A stretch of DNA of 36,420 bases, taken from contig JBGQGO010000002.1 in NCBI GenBank assembly GCA_041497455.1, positions 1 through 36,420 on the forward strand. The letters are read 5' to 3'. A program made the translations under genes and the position numbers. Below the pieces are notes generated by a model. That model saw nothing but the letters and a program-made list of their open reading frames with translations, was not told the origin of the DNA and did no database searches. Positions 16,618-24,413 of the stretch are shown here, piece by piece; position 1 is the stretch's first letter; each line of letters begins with the position of its first letter. Source of the DNA: Blastocatellia bacterium (GTDB lineage: Bacteria; Acidobacteriota; Blastocatellia; UBA7656).

Positions 16618-17397
16618 CTACGCTACATCCGGCTTCACTTCCGCCTCGGTCACCACGAAGACGGTTGATGTGAGCGGGTAAGGCTGGCTCTCGCAGTCCT
16701 GCTGGATCTGGGCCCGAACCATCGTTTGAAACGCTTCTGGATTCGACCGCGACCACATGATAAGGAAGTCGCGATTGGGGACCGCCGCGTAGCAAGGCTC
16801 ACCCAGATGCCCGACCGCCAGCTTCCGCATCGCCGGGAGCAGCAGCCGCACGGCGTCATAGCCGTCTCCAGTCTGAATTGCGAGCAAGCGCTGCGGCGCT
16901 TCGGTGGCGTGAATCTCAATTCCGGCCGATGCCTGCTCGAGATTCGAGAGCGCTTGCTCGTAGGCCAGCTCCTCGGTGACTTTCCAGCGCTCGAGATTCG
17001 CAGGCGACACATATGAGTACGCGTGCGTCAGATCAATCGCTATCGCGACTACGACATCACCGGCGAATGGAAAGGTGATCACCGGCGCGCGCAGGGTGTG
17101 TTCGGTTCGCATGAGCTGGAGCCGGAGTTTGCCGCGCCCTTCTTCCCATTCGAGCGCGCTTGCGTCCTGGGTGACGTGCAGGGCCTCGAGTATGCGCCAG
17201 ACGTGCTCGCGAATATGGGCGTCGCGCTCCTCGGGCTCAAACTGTTTCTCCTTGTGAAGCGCATAGAGGTTCCGGAGTCCGAGCTCGGCCTGGCCGTGCT
17301 TGATGAGGAAGGGGTCGGGCGAACCCTCGAACTCCTCATCCGGGAAGGTTGTCTCAAGTAGCCCAAGTACGTGTCGTTGGTATTGTTCGGGAGTCAC
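16618..17397 (-). CDS. DUF1444 / UPF0354 (YtpQ-like) family protein
   Basis: 259-aa ORF. The segment QTGDGYDAVRLLLPAMRKLAVGHLGEPCYAAVPNRDFLIMWS parallels the NTNDGYDATRIL...VVAVPHQDVLIIAD region that I recall from Bacillus YtpQ. Confidence 0.7.
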   Translation of the reverse strand: MTPEQYQRHVLGLLETTFPDEEFEGSPDPFLIKHGQAELGLRNLYALHKEKQFEPEERDAHIREHVWRILEALHVTQDASALEWEEGRGKLRLQLMRTEHTLRAPVITFPFAGDVVVAIAIDLTHAYSYVSPANLERWKVTEELAYEQALSNLEQASAGIEIHATEAPQRLLAIQTGDGYDAVRLLLPAMRKLAVGHLGEPCYAAVPNRDFLIMWSRSNPEAFQTMVRAQIQQDCESQPYPLTSTVFVVTEAEVKPDVA

Positions 17398-17405
17398 CTT
17401 GAATC

Positions 17406-17822
17406 CTACTCTATCGGCTCTACTATTACCGCAGTCCCGTATGCCAGGACCTCGGTCACGCCGTTCATGATCTCGTTCGCGTCGTAGCGCATGCCGATCA
17501 CTGCGTTAGCGCCGATTTCGCTCGCGTGCTGAACCATTATCTCGAATGCTTCGGCGCGAGCGACTTCGCACAGCTTGGTGAACGCGGTGATGTTGCCGCC
17601 TACTATCGTGTGCAGCGTTCCGCCAATCGTTCCGAAGATCGAGCGCGAACGCACGGTGATGCCTCGCACGACACCGAACGTCCGAACTATCCGAAAGCCA
17701 TCGAGCGTGAACGCCGTGGTCACCATGTGTTGCGAGAGCGTGTACCTCTGCGAAACCGCATAGGGCGCGTTTGCGCTCACGCTCTCCTTCGCCTGTTCCA
17801 ACTCGTCGAGTTTGTCTTTCAT
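17406..17822 (-). CDS. YbjQ/UPF0145 family protein with ~33-aa N-terminal extension
   Basis: 138-aa ORF. VTTAFTLDGFRIVRTFGVVRGITVRSRS...GGNITAFTKLCEVARAEAFEIMVQHASEIGANAVIGMRYD is the canonical YbjQ domain. Confidence 0.85.
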   Translation of the reverse strand: MKDKLDELEQAKESVSANAPYAVSQRYTLSQHMVTTAFTLDGFRIVRTFGVVRGITVRSRSIFGTIGGTLHTIVGGNITAFTKLCEVARAEAFEIMVQHASEIGANAVIGMRYDANEIMNGVTEVLAYGTAVIVEPIE

Positions 17823-17990
17823 TAGTTAGTCGCATCCTCCGTTGCGCGTGAAGATCGCCGATGCGCGGACGGCGGAAAAGATAAAGCTTGAAATGAGAAT
17901 GTGCAAGAGGAGCAAGGATGGAGACGTACGTCGCGTGCTGACATATTGTCTAGAAGTCTATAGGCTCGACCCACCCCGTTCAAACCCCGT

Positions 17991-18192
17991 GCTCTTTCTC
18001 AAATACCCCCGACGGCAGAAGATGTGAAGCAATTCAGAATTCGGCGAATTCTCGCATGCGGATTCAACAAGTTACGGTGACGGATTCTGATTCTTTCACA
18101 GCTTCGGCAGTTGGGGGATTCGTTCAAGTACAGCCTACAAACGAAGCCGCACTGCTCTTTCTCAAATACCCCCAACGGCAGTTGGGGGTATT
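17991..18192. repeat. 28-nt direct repeat pair plus hairpin within a ~690-bp non-coding gap
   Basis: gctctttctcaaatacccccGacggcag (17991-18018) and gctctttctcaaatacccccAacggcag (18154-18181) differ at 1 mismatch and are offset by 163 nt. cggcagttggggg recurs at 18105-18117 and 18176-18188. A 10-bp perfect stem pairs aataccccca (18165-18174) with tgggggtatt (18183-18192). Confidence 0.8.
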
Positions 18193-18515
18193 CTAGGAGC
18201 GACGGCGGGTGTACTGGGATTCGTGAACCTTGGAGTCTTCGTGAGTTCATCGACTCCAAACCACATGCAAAGACGCGCCGATTGTGGTTGAATCTAGGAA
18301 CAGCAGAATCAAGGCGGCTGCTTAAGATTCAAATCCTGGCCTGCCCGGAGCCCAACGCGCGTTTGCACTTTGGCTAGGAACCAAAGGGATCTTGAAAAAA
18401 GTTTAATAGTACTCAGGGGGAACTACTCAAACGCTGATGGATCGCACGAAATAGAAAGGACCCCCCCCGGTTCCTCGTGTGTTTTCGTGGCCATTTCTTG
18501 ATTGGAGGAACAACA

Positions 18516-19310
18516 ATGCCAGAGGTAACAGGTCACGTACCCGGATCGTTTTGTTGGATTGAGCTCAACACCAGCGATTCGGCTGCGGCAAAGGAGTTTT
18601 ATTGCGCTTTGTTTGATTGGGAGGCGGAGGACACGCCGGCAGGTCCGGATATGGTCTACACGATGCTCAAGATTCGCGGCCTCGAAATTGGGGCAATGTG
18701 CAATCTGCAGCCGGAACAGAAAGCTCACGGCGTACCGCCGCACTGGATGTCCTATGTTGCGGTCGAGAGCGCCGGCGACGCGGCAACGAAGGCAGCTTCG
18801 CTTGGAGGCACTGTGATGGCCGGCGCATTCGACGTTATGGATGTTGGACGAATGGCAATCGTTCAGGACCCGCAAGGCGCTACCTTCTGCGTGTGGCAGG
18901 CGAAGGCGCACATTGGCGTGAAGCTTGTCGGCGAGAACGGCACGTTTGGATGGGACGAGCTTTGGACGACCGATCGGAAGAAGGCCACCGAGTTCTACAC
19001 TGGGCTCTTCGGTTGGGGCGCCAAAGAAGGCGACATGGGCGGACTGGGAGTCTACACCGAGTGGCAAAACGGCGGTCAGTCGATCGGGGGCATGATGGAG
19101 ATCGCCCCTGACATGGGACCGGTCCCGCCGAACTGGCTTCCTTATTTCATGGTCGAGGACTGCGATGCGACGGCAGGAAAAGCCGGTGCGTCAGGCGGTA
19201 AGATATCTGTACCGCCGACCGACATCCCGAACGTTGGACGCTTCTCAGTGATTGCCGACCCGCAAGGCGCGATGTTCGCGATCGTCAAGCTAACGGGCCA
19301 CGCGCAGTAG
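18516..19310 (+). CDS. Two-domain VOC (glyoxalase/bleomycin-resistance/dioxygenase) family protein
   Basis: The ATG at 18516 is preceded by ggagga. There are two similar halves, each with an FCW/WxEL start and a C-terminal ...DPQGA(T/M)F... strand (GRMAIVQDPQGATFCVWQ and GRFSVIADPQGAMFAIVK). Confidence 0.8.
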   Translation: MPEVTGHVPGSFCWIELNTSDSAAAKEFYCALFDWEAEDTPAGPDMVYTMLKIRGLEIGAMCNLQPEQKAHGVPPHWMSYVAVESAGDAATKAASLGGTVMAGAFDVMDVGRMAIVQDPQGATFCVWQAKAHIGVKLVGENGTFGWDELWTTDRKKATEFYTGLFGWGAKEGDMGGLGVYTEWQNGGQSIGGMMEIAPDMGPVPPNWLPYFMVEDCDATAGKAGASGGKISVPPTDIPNVGRFSVIADPQGAMFAIVKLTGHAQ

Positions 19311-19320
19311 TTGAAGGAGA

Positions 19321-19385
19321 GTTCGGAGTTCAAGCTTTAGCTTGTCCCTGGCGATCGTGGACAAGCTAAAGCTTGAACTCCGAAC
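19321..19385. repeat. Perfect 27-bp inverted repeat between convergent genes (possible bidirectional terminator)
   Basis: gttcggagttcaagctttagcttgtcc (19321-19347) pairs with ggacaagctaaagcttgaactccgaac (19359-19385), with an 11-nt loop. The element is similar in design to family B, but the arm sequence differs. Confidence 0.85.
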
Positions 19386-19444
19386 TTCCAGCCTATAATC
19401 GGCCCCCGTGACGATGCCTGACGGTCCAGAGGCGAATGAGTTTT

Positions 19445-19711
19445 CTACTCACTCCTTATTCGGTAGGTGTAATCTGAGCCAACACGCAGGAAATATAGCG
19501 GCCCAGTACGTCCGGCGTCTCGGGCGCGATGACTGGCATCTATTTCATTCGTTCCCAGGAAGTAATCTCCGGTTTCAGGAATGATCGCTACGATCTCTCC
19601 GGTATGCTCTGGCTCAAGAATCGCTGCTAGTTTGTCTCGATAGATCTGCTTCGCGCGCTCGACGAACTGCTCGATTTCTTGCTGGCTCCATTGTACGGTG
19701 CTTGTTGACAT
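19445..19711 (-). CDS. Hypothetical small protein
   Basis: 88-aa ORF with a protein-like sequence (EIEQFVERAKQIYRDKLAAILEPEHTGEIVAIIPETGDYFLGTNEIDASHRARDAG...YFLRVG). It is not overlapped by a better ORF. No family is assigned. Confidence 0.5.
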   Translation of the reverse strand: MSTSTVQWSQQEIEQFVERAKQIYRDKLAAILEPEHTGEIVAIIPETGDYFLGTNEIDASHRARDAGRTGPLYFLRVGSDYTYRIRSE

Positions 19712-19806
19712 CTGTGCGAATGTTAGCCCGCGGCGAGCTAAATAACAACAAACTTCACGATTGCTCGTCGCGCGCTCGCGGACTACCGCGAGCGCGCCTC
19801 AGGGAA

Positions 19807-21864
19807 CTATTTCTGCGAAGTGGCCGCGTCCACCGCACCACCCTTGCCTCTCCTGCTGTGCTTGTCGAACCACGCCATCAGATAAAGCTGCTGTAGCAAC
19901 TGATGCGATGGCCGGCGCCAGCCGTGATACTCATCCGGCATTCGCACCAGGAGCGTCTCCTTCTTCAGAATCTTCAACGCGCGATAGAACTCTTCGCTCT
20001 GCCGGATCGGCGTTCGCAAGTCAGCCTCCCCGGTCATCACCATCGTCGGCGTCTTTACGTTAGCGACATAGTGCAGCGGCGAACGCACCGCGTACTGCAT
20101 CGGGTCTTCCCACGGATACTTTTCGAACTGGTTGTACCAGTTCGGGCCGTCCGTAGTCCCGACGAACGAATGCCAGTTGATCACCGGCCTCATCGAAACT
20201 GCAGCGGCAAAGCGATCCGTGTGACCGACTATCCACGCCGTCAACACGCCGCCGCCGCTGCCACCGCAAACGAACAGGTTCTTGTCGTCTATCCAACCTT
20301 TCGCCACGGCCGCATCGACGCCAGCCATCAAATCGTCGTAGTCCTTGCCCGGATACGAATACTGAATCCCGTTGACGAAGTCCTGGCCGTAGCCGGTCGA
20401 GCCTCGGGGATTGAGGAACAACACTCCGTAGCCGTTCGCCGCAAAGTTCTGGAACGACCAACTGAATGCCACCGAATACATCGACCACGGCCCGCCGTGA
20501 ATCCACAACACCATCGGATACTTCTTAGCCGGATCGAAATCGGCGGGCTTGATCAACCACCCTTGCACCTTCAACCCGTCCTTGGAGTTGAACCAAAGCT
20601 CTTCAGCATCGCCCAGCTTCACGCCTGCGAGCACGTCTTCGTTGACGTCCACGAGGTGCTTCATCTTTGCCGCGTCCTTCACGTTGAAGGTCACCAGCGT
20701 GCCGGGCTCTTTAAAGCTCGACCGGACCGCCGCGACCTGTCCGTTGTTGGCCATCGAGTAGCCTTCAAGGACGTGAACGCCATCGGTGATCTTTCGAACT
20801 TTTCCATCAACCGGCGCGAAGTAGATATGCGATGAGCCCGACTCTTCCATGTCGTAATACACGCCCGATCCATCGGACGCCCATCGGATGCCGCGCGGGG
20901 AGCTTGGAAGCCCGCCGGCCCAAAGCTTTTTGTTGCCTCCCGCGTTGTCCATCAGGTAGAGGCTCGCAACGTGATTGGTGTAGTTCTTCTCATCGTAGCC
21001 GGTGTACGCGATCCATCGGCCATCGGGCGAAACCTGCGGGCCGCCGTCGGGACCCTTGCGGTCGGTTAGCGGTTTGACCTCGAGAGTCTTCAGATCGACC
21101 GCGTAGATTTCGCTGTCGCCCCGCAAGTACTCGGCGTCGGGCTTTCGAATCGCCGAGACGTAGATCGTCTTTCCATCAGCGGACCATTCGGGATTGTTGT
21201 GATTGTATTTGCCCGAGGTGATCTGGCGAGGCGTTCCTCCGAGCACCGAGTCGAGCGTGTACACCTGCGTGTTGCCCATCGGCAGCGGACCTCGTCCGTC
21301 GGCCGCCCACGCTAGGCGATTGACTATGACGGCGGGTTTCGCCCACTGCGCGTTGCGCGGGCGCTCAGGCAACTTGACCGCGAGGATCGGGTCATTGTCG
21401 GGCTCGAAAGCGTTGAAGGCGATCCACTTGCTATCGGGCGACCAGTTGATCGCGGACGGCGCCTGTTCGAGATGGGTGAGTTGAGCTGCCTCGCGCGTAT
21501 CGACCCACAACACGTGGAGCTGATTCGTGCCATCGCGATCCGACATGAACGCGATGCGCTTGCCGTCCGGAGACCAGACCGGCTGACTGTCTCGCCAATT
21601 GCCGCTGGTCAATTCGCGAACGCGATTGCCATCCACGTCAACGATCCATAAGTTGCTCACGCGTTCGTCTTTGACCTTGTCGACCCACGAGCGAGTGAAC
21701 ACGATCTGCTTGCCGTCGGGAGAAATCGCGGGACCCGCGACGCTCTCCATGTTCATGAAGGTTTCTTTGTCGAGCGTGCCTTTCTTCGACTGAGCGAAGA
21801 CGCTCAAGGACAGTGAAACCAGAAACAGCCCCATCAACGTGGAGCGAAAAAGTTTTGTGATCAT
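19807..21864 (-). CDS. S9-family serine peptidase with N-terminal TolB-like beta-propeller
   Basis: The start is placed at the ATG at 21864 (MITKLFRSTLMGLFLVSLSLSVFAQ, signal peptide), preceded by aggagg. PD40-like repeats are present (SPDGKQIVF, SPDGKRIAF, SPDSKWIAF, SADGKTIYV, SPDGRWIAY). The catalytic GGSGGG nucleophile elbow, GEADLRTP and DEYHGW are in the C-terminal alpha/beta-hydrolase domain. Confidence 0.9.
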   Translation of the reverse strand: MITKLFRSTLMGLFLVSLSLSVFAQSKKGTLDKETFMNMESVAGPAISPDGKQIVFTRSWVDKVKDERVSNLWIVDVDGNRVRELTSGNWRDSQPVWSPDGKRIAFMSDRDGTNQLHVLWVDTREAAQLTHLEQAPSAINWSPDSKWIAFNAFEPDNDPILAVKLPERPRNAQWAKPAVIVNRLAWAADGRGPLPMGNTQVYTLDSVLGGTPRQITSGKYNHNNPEWSADGKTIYVSAIRKPDAEYLRGDSEIYAVDLKTLEVKPLTDRKGPDGGPQVSPDGRWIAYTGYDEKNYTNHVASLYLMDNAGGNKKLWAGGLPSSPRGIRWASDGSGVYYDMEESGSSHIYFAPVDGKVRKITDGVHVLEGYSMANNGQVAAVRSSFKEPGTLVTFNVKDAAKMKHLVDVNEDVLAGVKLGDAEELWFNSKDGLKVQGWLIKPADFDPAKKYPMVLWIHGGPWSMYSVAFSWSFQNFAANGYGVLFLNPRGSTGYGQDFVNGIQYSYPGKDYDDLMAGVDAAVAKGWIDDKNLFVCGGSGGGVLTAWIVGHTDRFAAAVSMRPVINWHSFVGTTDGPNWYNQFEKYPWEDPMQYAVRSPLHYVANVKTPTMVMTGEADLRTPIRQSEEFYRALKILKKETLLVRMPDEYHGWRRPSHQLLQQLYLMAWFDKHSRRGKGGAVDAATSQK

Positions 21865-22023
21865 TATGGCGCCTCCTGCGCGACCCTTAAAGAACAGATC
21901 GAGTCTGCTGCTTTGAATCCGTTGTGTGAGTGATTGCCCTTGCCTTCCACTGCGGCGACGCCACAATATTGCGTCGCCGGGTTAGAGTCAAGCCGTAGGT
22001 ATGAGGGACGGGTTGGAGGTTCT

Positions 22024-22623
22024 TTATTGTCCAGCAGCCGAAAAATCCACAAGGGCGTAGATTTCGCTCAACTTGATCCTGCACGGGATTGTCACGAGTT
22101 CGATCTCACTTTCAATACCTTCGATATCAGAGCGCAACCAACTGCCATCCGCCTGCCGCACGTAATGAGTAACGTAAGGCCTGTCCTGCGCCACCAGCAG
22201 GTATTCCTCGAAGCTGTCGATTGATTGGTAGGAAAGAAACTTCTTTCCTCTGTCGTAGGCTTCAGTCGACTCGGAGAGTATCTCGACTATCAGACGCGGG
22301 TTGACCAGCACATCGAGTCCCTGGATGCTCTCAATCACAGGCTCTCCGCAGACCACCACGACGTCGGCGTAACGATAGGGCGGCGCCTTCGGCACTTTGA
22401 TCCGCATGTCCGCCGGTAACACTTCGCATCCGCGGCCCGCAAGCTTGTTCGTAAGCGATGTCGTCAGATTCCTTGCGATGCGATTACGGGTGAGAGTGCC
22501 GCCGCTCATTGTGACGACCATGCCATCGAAATACTCCCACCGCGCCTCGGAGTTCTTATCGAATTCGATGTACTCTTCCAGAGTGAATCGCTCTTTCGGA
22601 TTCGCAGCCATCTTGTCCTCCAA
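22024..22623 (-). CDS. Uma2 (DUF820) family putative endonuclease
   Basis: 199-aa ORF. FTLEEYIEFDKNSEARWEYFDGMVVTMSGGT, ...ADVVVVCG..., VEILSESTEAYDRGKKFLSYQSIDSFEEYLLV match the Uma2 restriction-endonuclease-like pattern. Confidence 0.85.
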   Translation of the reverse strand: MEDKMAANPKERFTLEEYIEFDKNSEARWEYFDGMVVTMSGGTLTRNRIARNLTTSLTNKLAGRGCEVLPADMRIKVPKAPPYRYADVVVVCGEPVIESIQGLDVLVNPRLIVEILSESTEAYDRGKKFLSYQSIDSFEEYLLVAQDRPYVTHYVRQADGSWLRSDIEGIESEIELVTIPCRIKLSEIYALVDFSAAGQ

Positions 22624-22767
22624 AATCAGAACTCAAACTTGAGTCGAGGCTTAGCGTTATGGCTAGATTCTAACACAGCGTAAGGGTTCGGGACTTCGAG
22701 AGAAGATCATTCCTCATCCGCTGCGTCGGATCGACATAGTCAGCGGTGATTCATCATCAGAAACGAC

Positions 22768-22809
22768 AATACCCTCACTAATACCCTTACGTAGAGGTAA
22801 TACCCTTAC
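22768..22809. repeat. Three direct copies of AATACCCT(C/T)AC
   Basis: Copies lie at 22768-22778, 22780-22790 and 22799-22809, about 150-185 nt upstream of the Uma2 start on the minus strand. This could be an operator/iteron-like site. Confidence 0.6.
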
Positions 22810-22888
22810 TCAAGCGCTTGCCTATTTTGATCGACGCAATCGTCTAGTAGCCATCCGTCGATGGGAGGCTTTACTCCTGCTGTGAGGC

Positions 22889-23107
22889 TTAGCCGCGCGC
22901 ACTCTTCTTACGACGAGACCAGCGGGCCGCCGGACCCTTTCCGATGCACTCCAATTCCCCACCCTCTTTCATCTTGACATCAAGGCCCGTATCCACTCGC
23001 GCCCGACTCCTGGGCATTGCACGCTCATGTTGGCCAGCCGAGACTCTCCCGTCTGAGCGCGTATGGCGCTCGAATGAATCGAGCAACGCAATTCTACGCT
23101 CCCTCAT
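22889..23107 (-). CDS. Possible small winged-helix DNA-binding protein
   Basis: 72-aa ORF located 66 nt downstream of the Fic gene. ...VSAGQHERAMPRSRARVDTGLDVKMKEGGELECIGKGPAARW resembles a wHTH recognition helix plus wing. It ends with the same GxGPxAxW wing motif as the Fic C-terminus (LGRGPNAKW). Coding status is uncertain. Confidence 0.3.
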   Translation of the reverse strand: MRERRIALLDSFERHTRSDGRVSAGQHERAMPRSRARVDTGLDVKMKEGGELECIGKGPAARWSRRKKSARG

Positions 23108-23173
23108 CCCTTATATTCCATCAATTAGAACCCTATTCTTATCACATCAAGCTTTCGTGATGTGATTATCTTA

Positions 23174-24223
23174 TCAACTTCGAATGATCTCCCATTTGGC
23201 ATTCGGGCCACGGCCCAGAGACCTGATTCTTCCATCGCGTCTCAGGTCCGCCAGTGCGCGCTGTAGCGTGGGGTAGCTGACCCCGGGGCACACACGCCTG
23301 AGTTCGTCGATACTAAAGCGTCCCGTCATCCGCCCGATGGCATCCCGGACCATCTCTCGTTTAGCGCCGCGCGCAGAGGTGATTGTACCGACCCTCACCT
23401 CGAACTCCTTGTAGCCTGCGGTCAGCATACCCACGAAGTAGTTCCACCACGGGCGCAGATCGTGCTCACCCTCATGCCAACCACGCGAGCTCTTGAGAAG
23501 CGCTTCATAGTAGGTCTCTTTGCTCTCTTCGACGATTCGCTCGAGGCTGATGTAGCGGCCTACCTCGTAACCAGCTTGATACAGAAGCAACAGTGTTAGC
23601 AATCGACCGATACGCCCGTTGCCGTCCGCGAAGGGATGAACACATTCGAAATCGAGAATGAAGGACGCTATCAGAAGCAGCGGGTCCGTCTGTGGACTGT
23701 CCATTGACTGATTGAACAACGAAAGTGATTTCTCCATGAACTTCGGCGTAGCAACTGATGAGACTGGAAGGAATCGCACGACCTGGCGGCCGTCAGGGAG
23801 GACTTCAAGGATTGCGTTGTCTTTCGCCTTCCAGTCTCCTCCTGCTTCGGCTGTGAAACGATACATTGAACGATGCCAGCTACGGATCAGGTCTGTGGAC
23901 AACGTCAGCTTGTCGGAGTTGGCATGGACTGCTGCGAGGACGTCTCGGTACCCAGCCACCTCTTGCTCGGAGCGGTCCCTTGGAGTGACCTTCTCTTTTA
24001 CGAGTGCTTCAATCCTGTTCGCTGCAACGGTAATGCCCTCGATGCGATTGGAAGACTCAACGCTCTGAACCATTGCGACTTGGCGCAAAGTCTCCAGCAC
24101 CTCCGGCGATTGTTCGGAGTATAAGACCTGGCGTCCACGAAACTCCCCAAGTGAGCGCATCGCCATCAGAAGCGAATGGGATATGGGCGTGTCGAAAAGA
24201 TAACCGTGCTCGAAAGATCTCAT
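23174..24223 (-). CDS. Fic family protein (class II, N-terminal inhibitory helix; C-terminal wHTH)
   Basis: 349-aa ORF. The Fic active-site motif is HPFADGNGRIGR (HxFx(D/E)GNGRxxR). The N-terminal SNRIEG fits the (S/T)xxxE(G/N) auto-inhibition motif. The C-terminal part is a winged helix (LQRALADLRRDGRIRSLGRGPNAKW). Confidence 0.9.
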   Translation of the reverse strand: MRSFEHGYLFDTPISHSLLMAMRSLGEFRGRQVLYSEQSPEVLETLRQVAMVQSVESSNRIEGITVAANRIEALVKEKVTPRDRSEQEVAGYRDVLAAVHANSDKLTLSTDLIRSWHRSMYRFTAEAGGDWKAKDNAILEVLPDGRQVVRFLPVSSVATPKFMEKSLSLFNQSMDSPQTDPLLLIASFILDFECVHPFADGNGRIGRLLTLLLLYQAGYEVGRYISLERIVEESKETYYEALLKSSRGWHEGEHDLRPWWNYFVGMLTAGYKEFEVRVGTITSARGAKREMVRDAIGRMTGRFSIDELRRVCPGVSYPTLQRALADLRRDGRIRSLGRGPNAKWEIIRS

Positions 24224-24241
24224 CCCTTCTCCTTAGAAAGA

Positions 24242-24332
24242 GTTCGTAGTCCGGCCTTTAGGCGGAAGTTTGTACCTGGTCACAGTCCGTCCATTCTGCT
24301 ACAAACTTCCGCCTAAAGGCCGTACTACGAAC
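24242..24332. repeat. Palindromic element, family B (second copy)
   Basis: gttcgtagtccggcctttaggcggaagtttgta (24242-24274) pairs with tacaaacttccgcctaaaggccgtactacgaac (24300-24332) with 1 mismatch. The element lies between the lhr stop and the Fic start. Confidence 0.85.
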
Positions 24333-24413
24333 TTGTATAGGGCGTGGCGCTTCGCGTACCTACCTCGGCTCTATCAGTGTTCATTGCAAATCAGTACGAG
24401 AGAGTCTCGCTGC

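Noticed and set aside
17991-18181. Two 28-nt direct repeats that could be mistaken for a mini CRISPR array
   Set aside because: There are only two copies, 163 nt apart, which is far larger than CRISPR spacers. There is no third repeat and no cas gene in the window. They are treated as an unexplained intergenic repeat instead.
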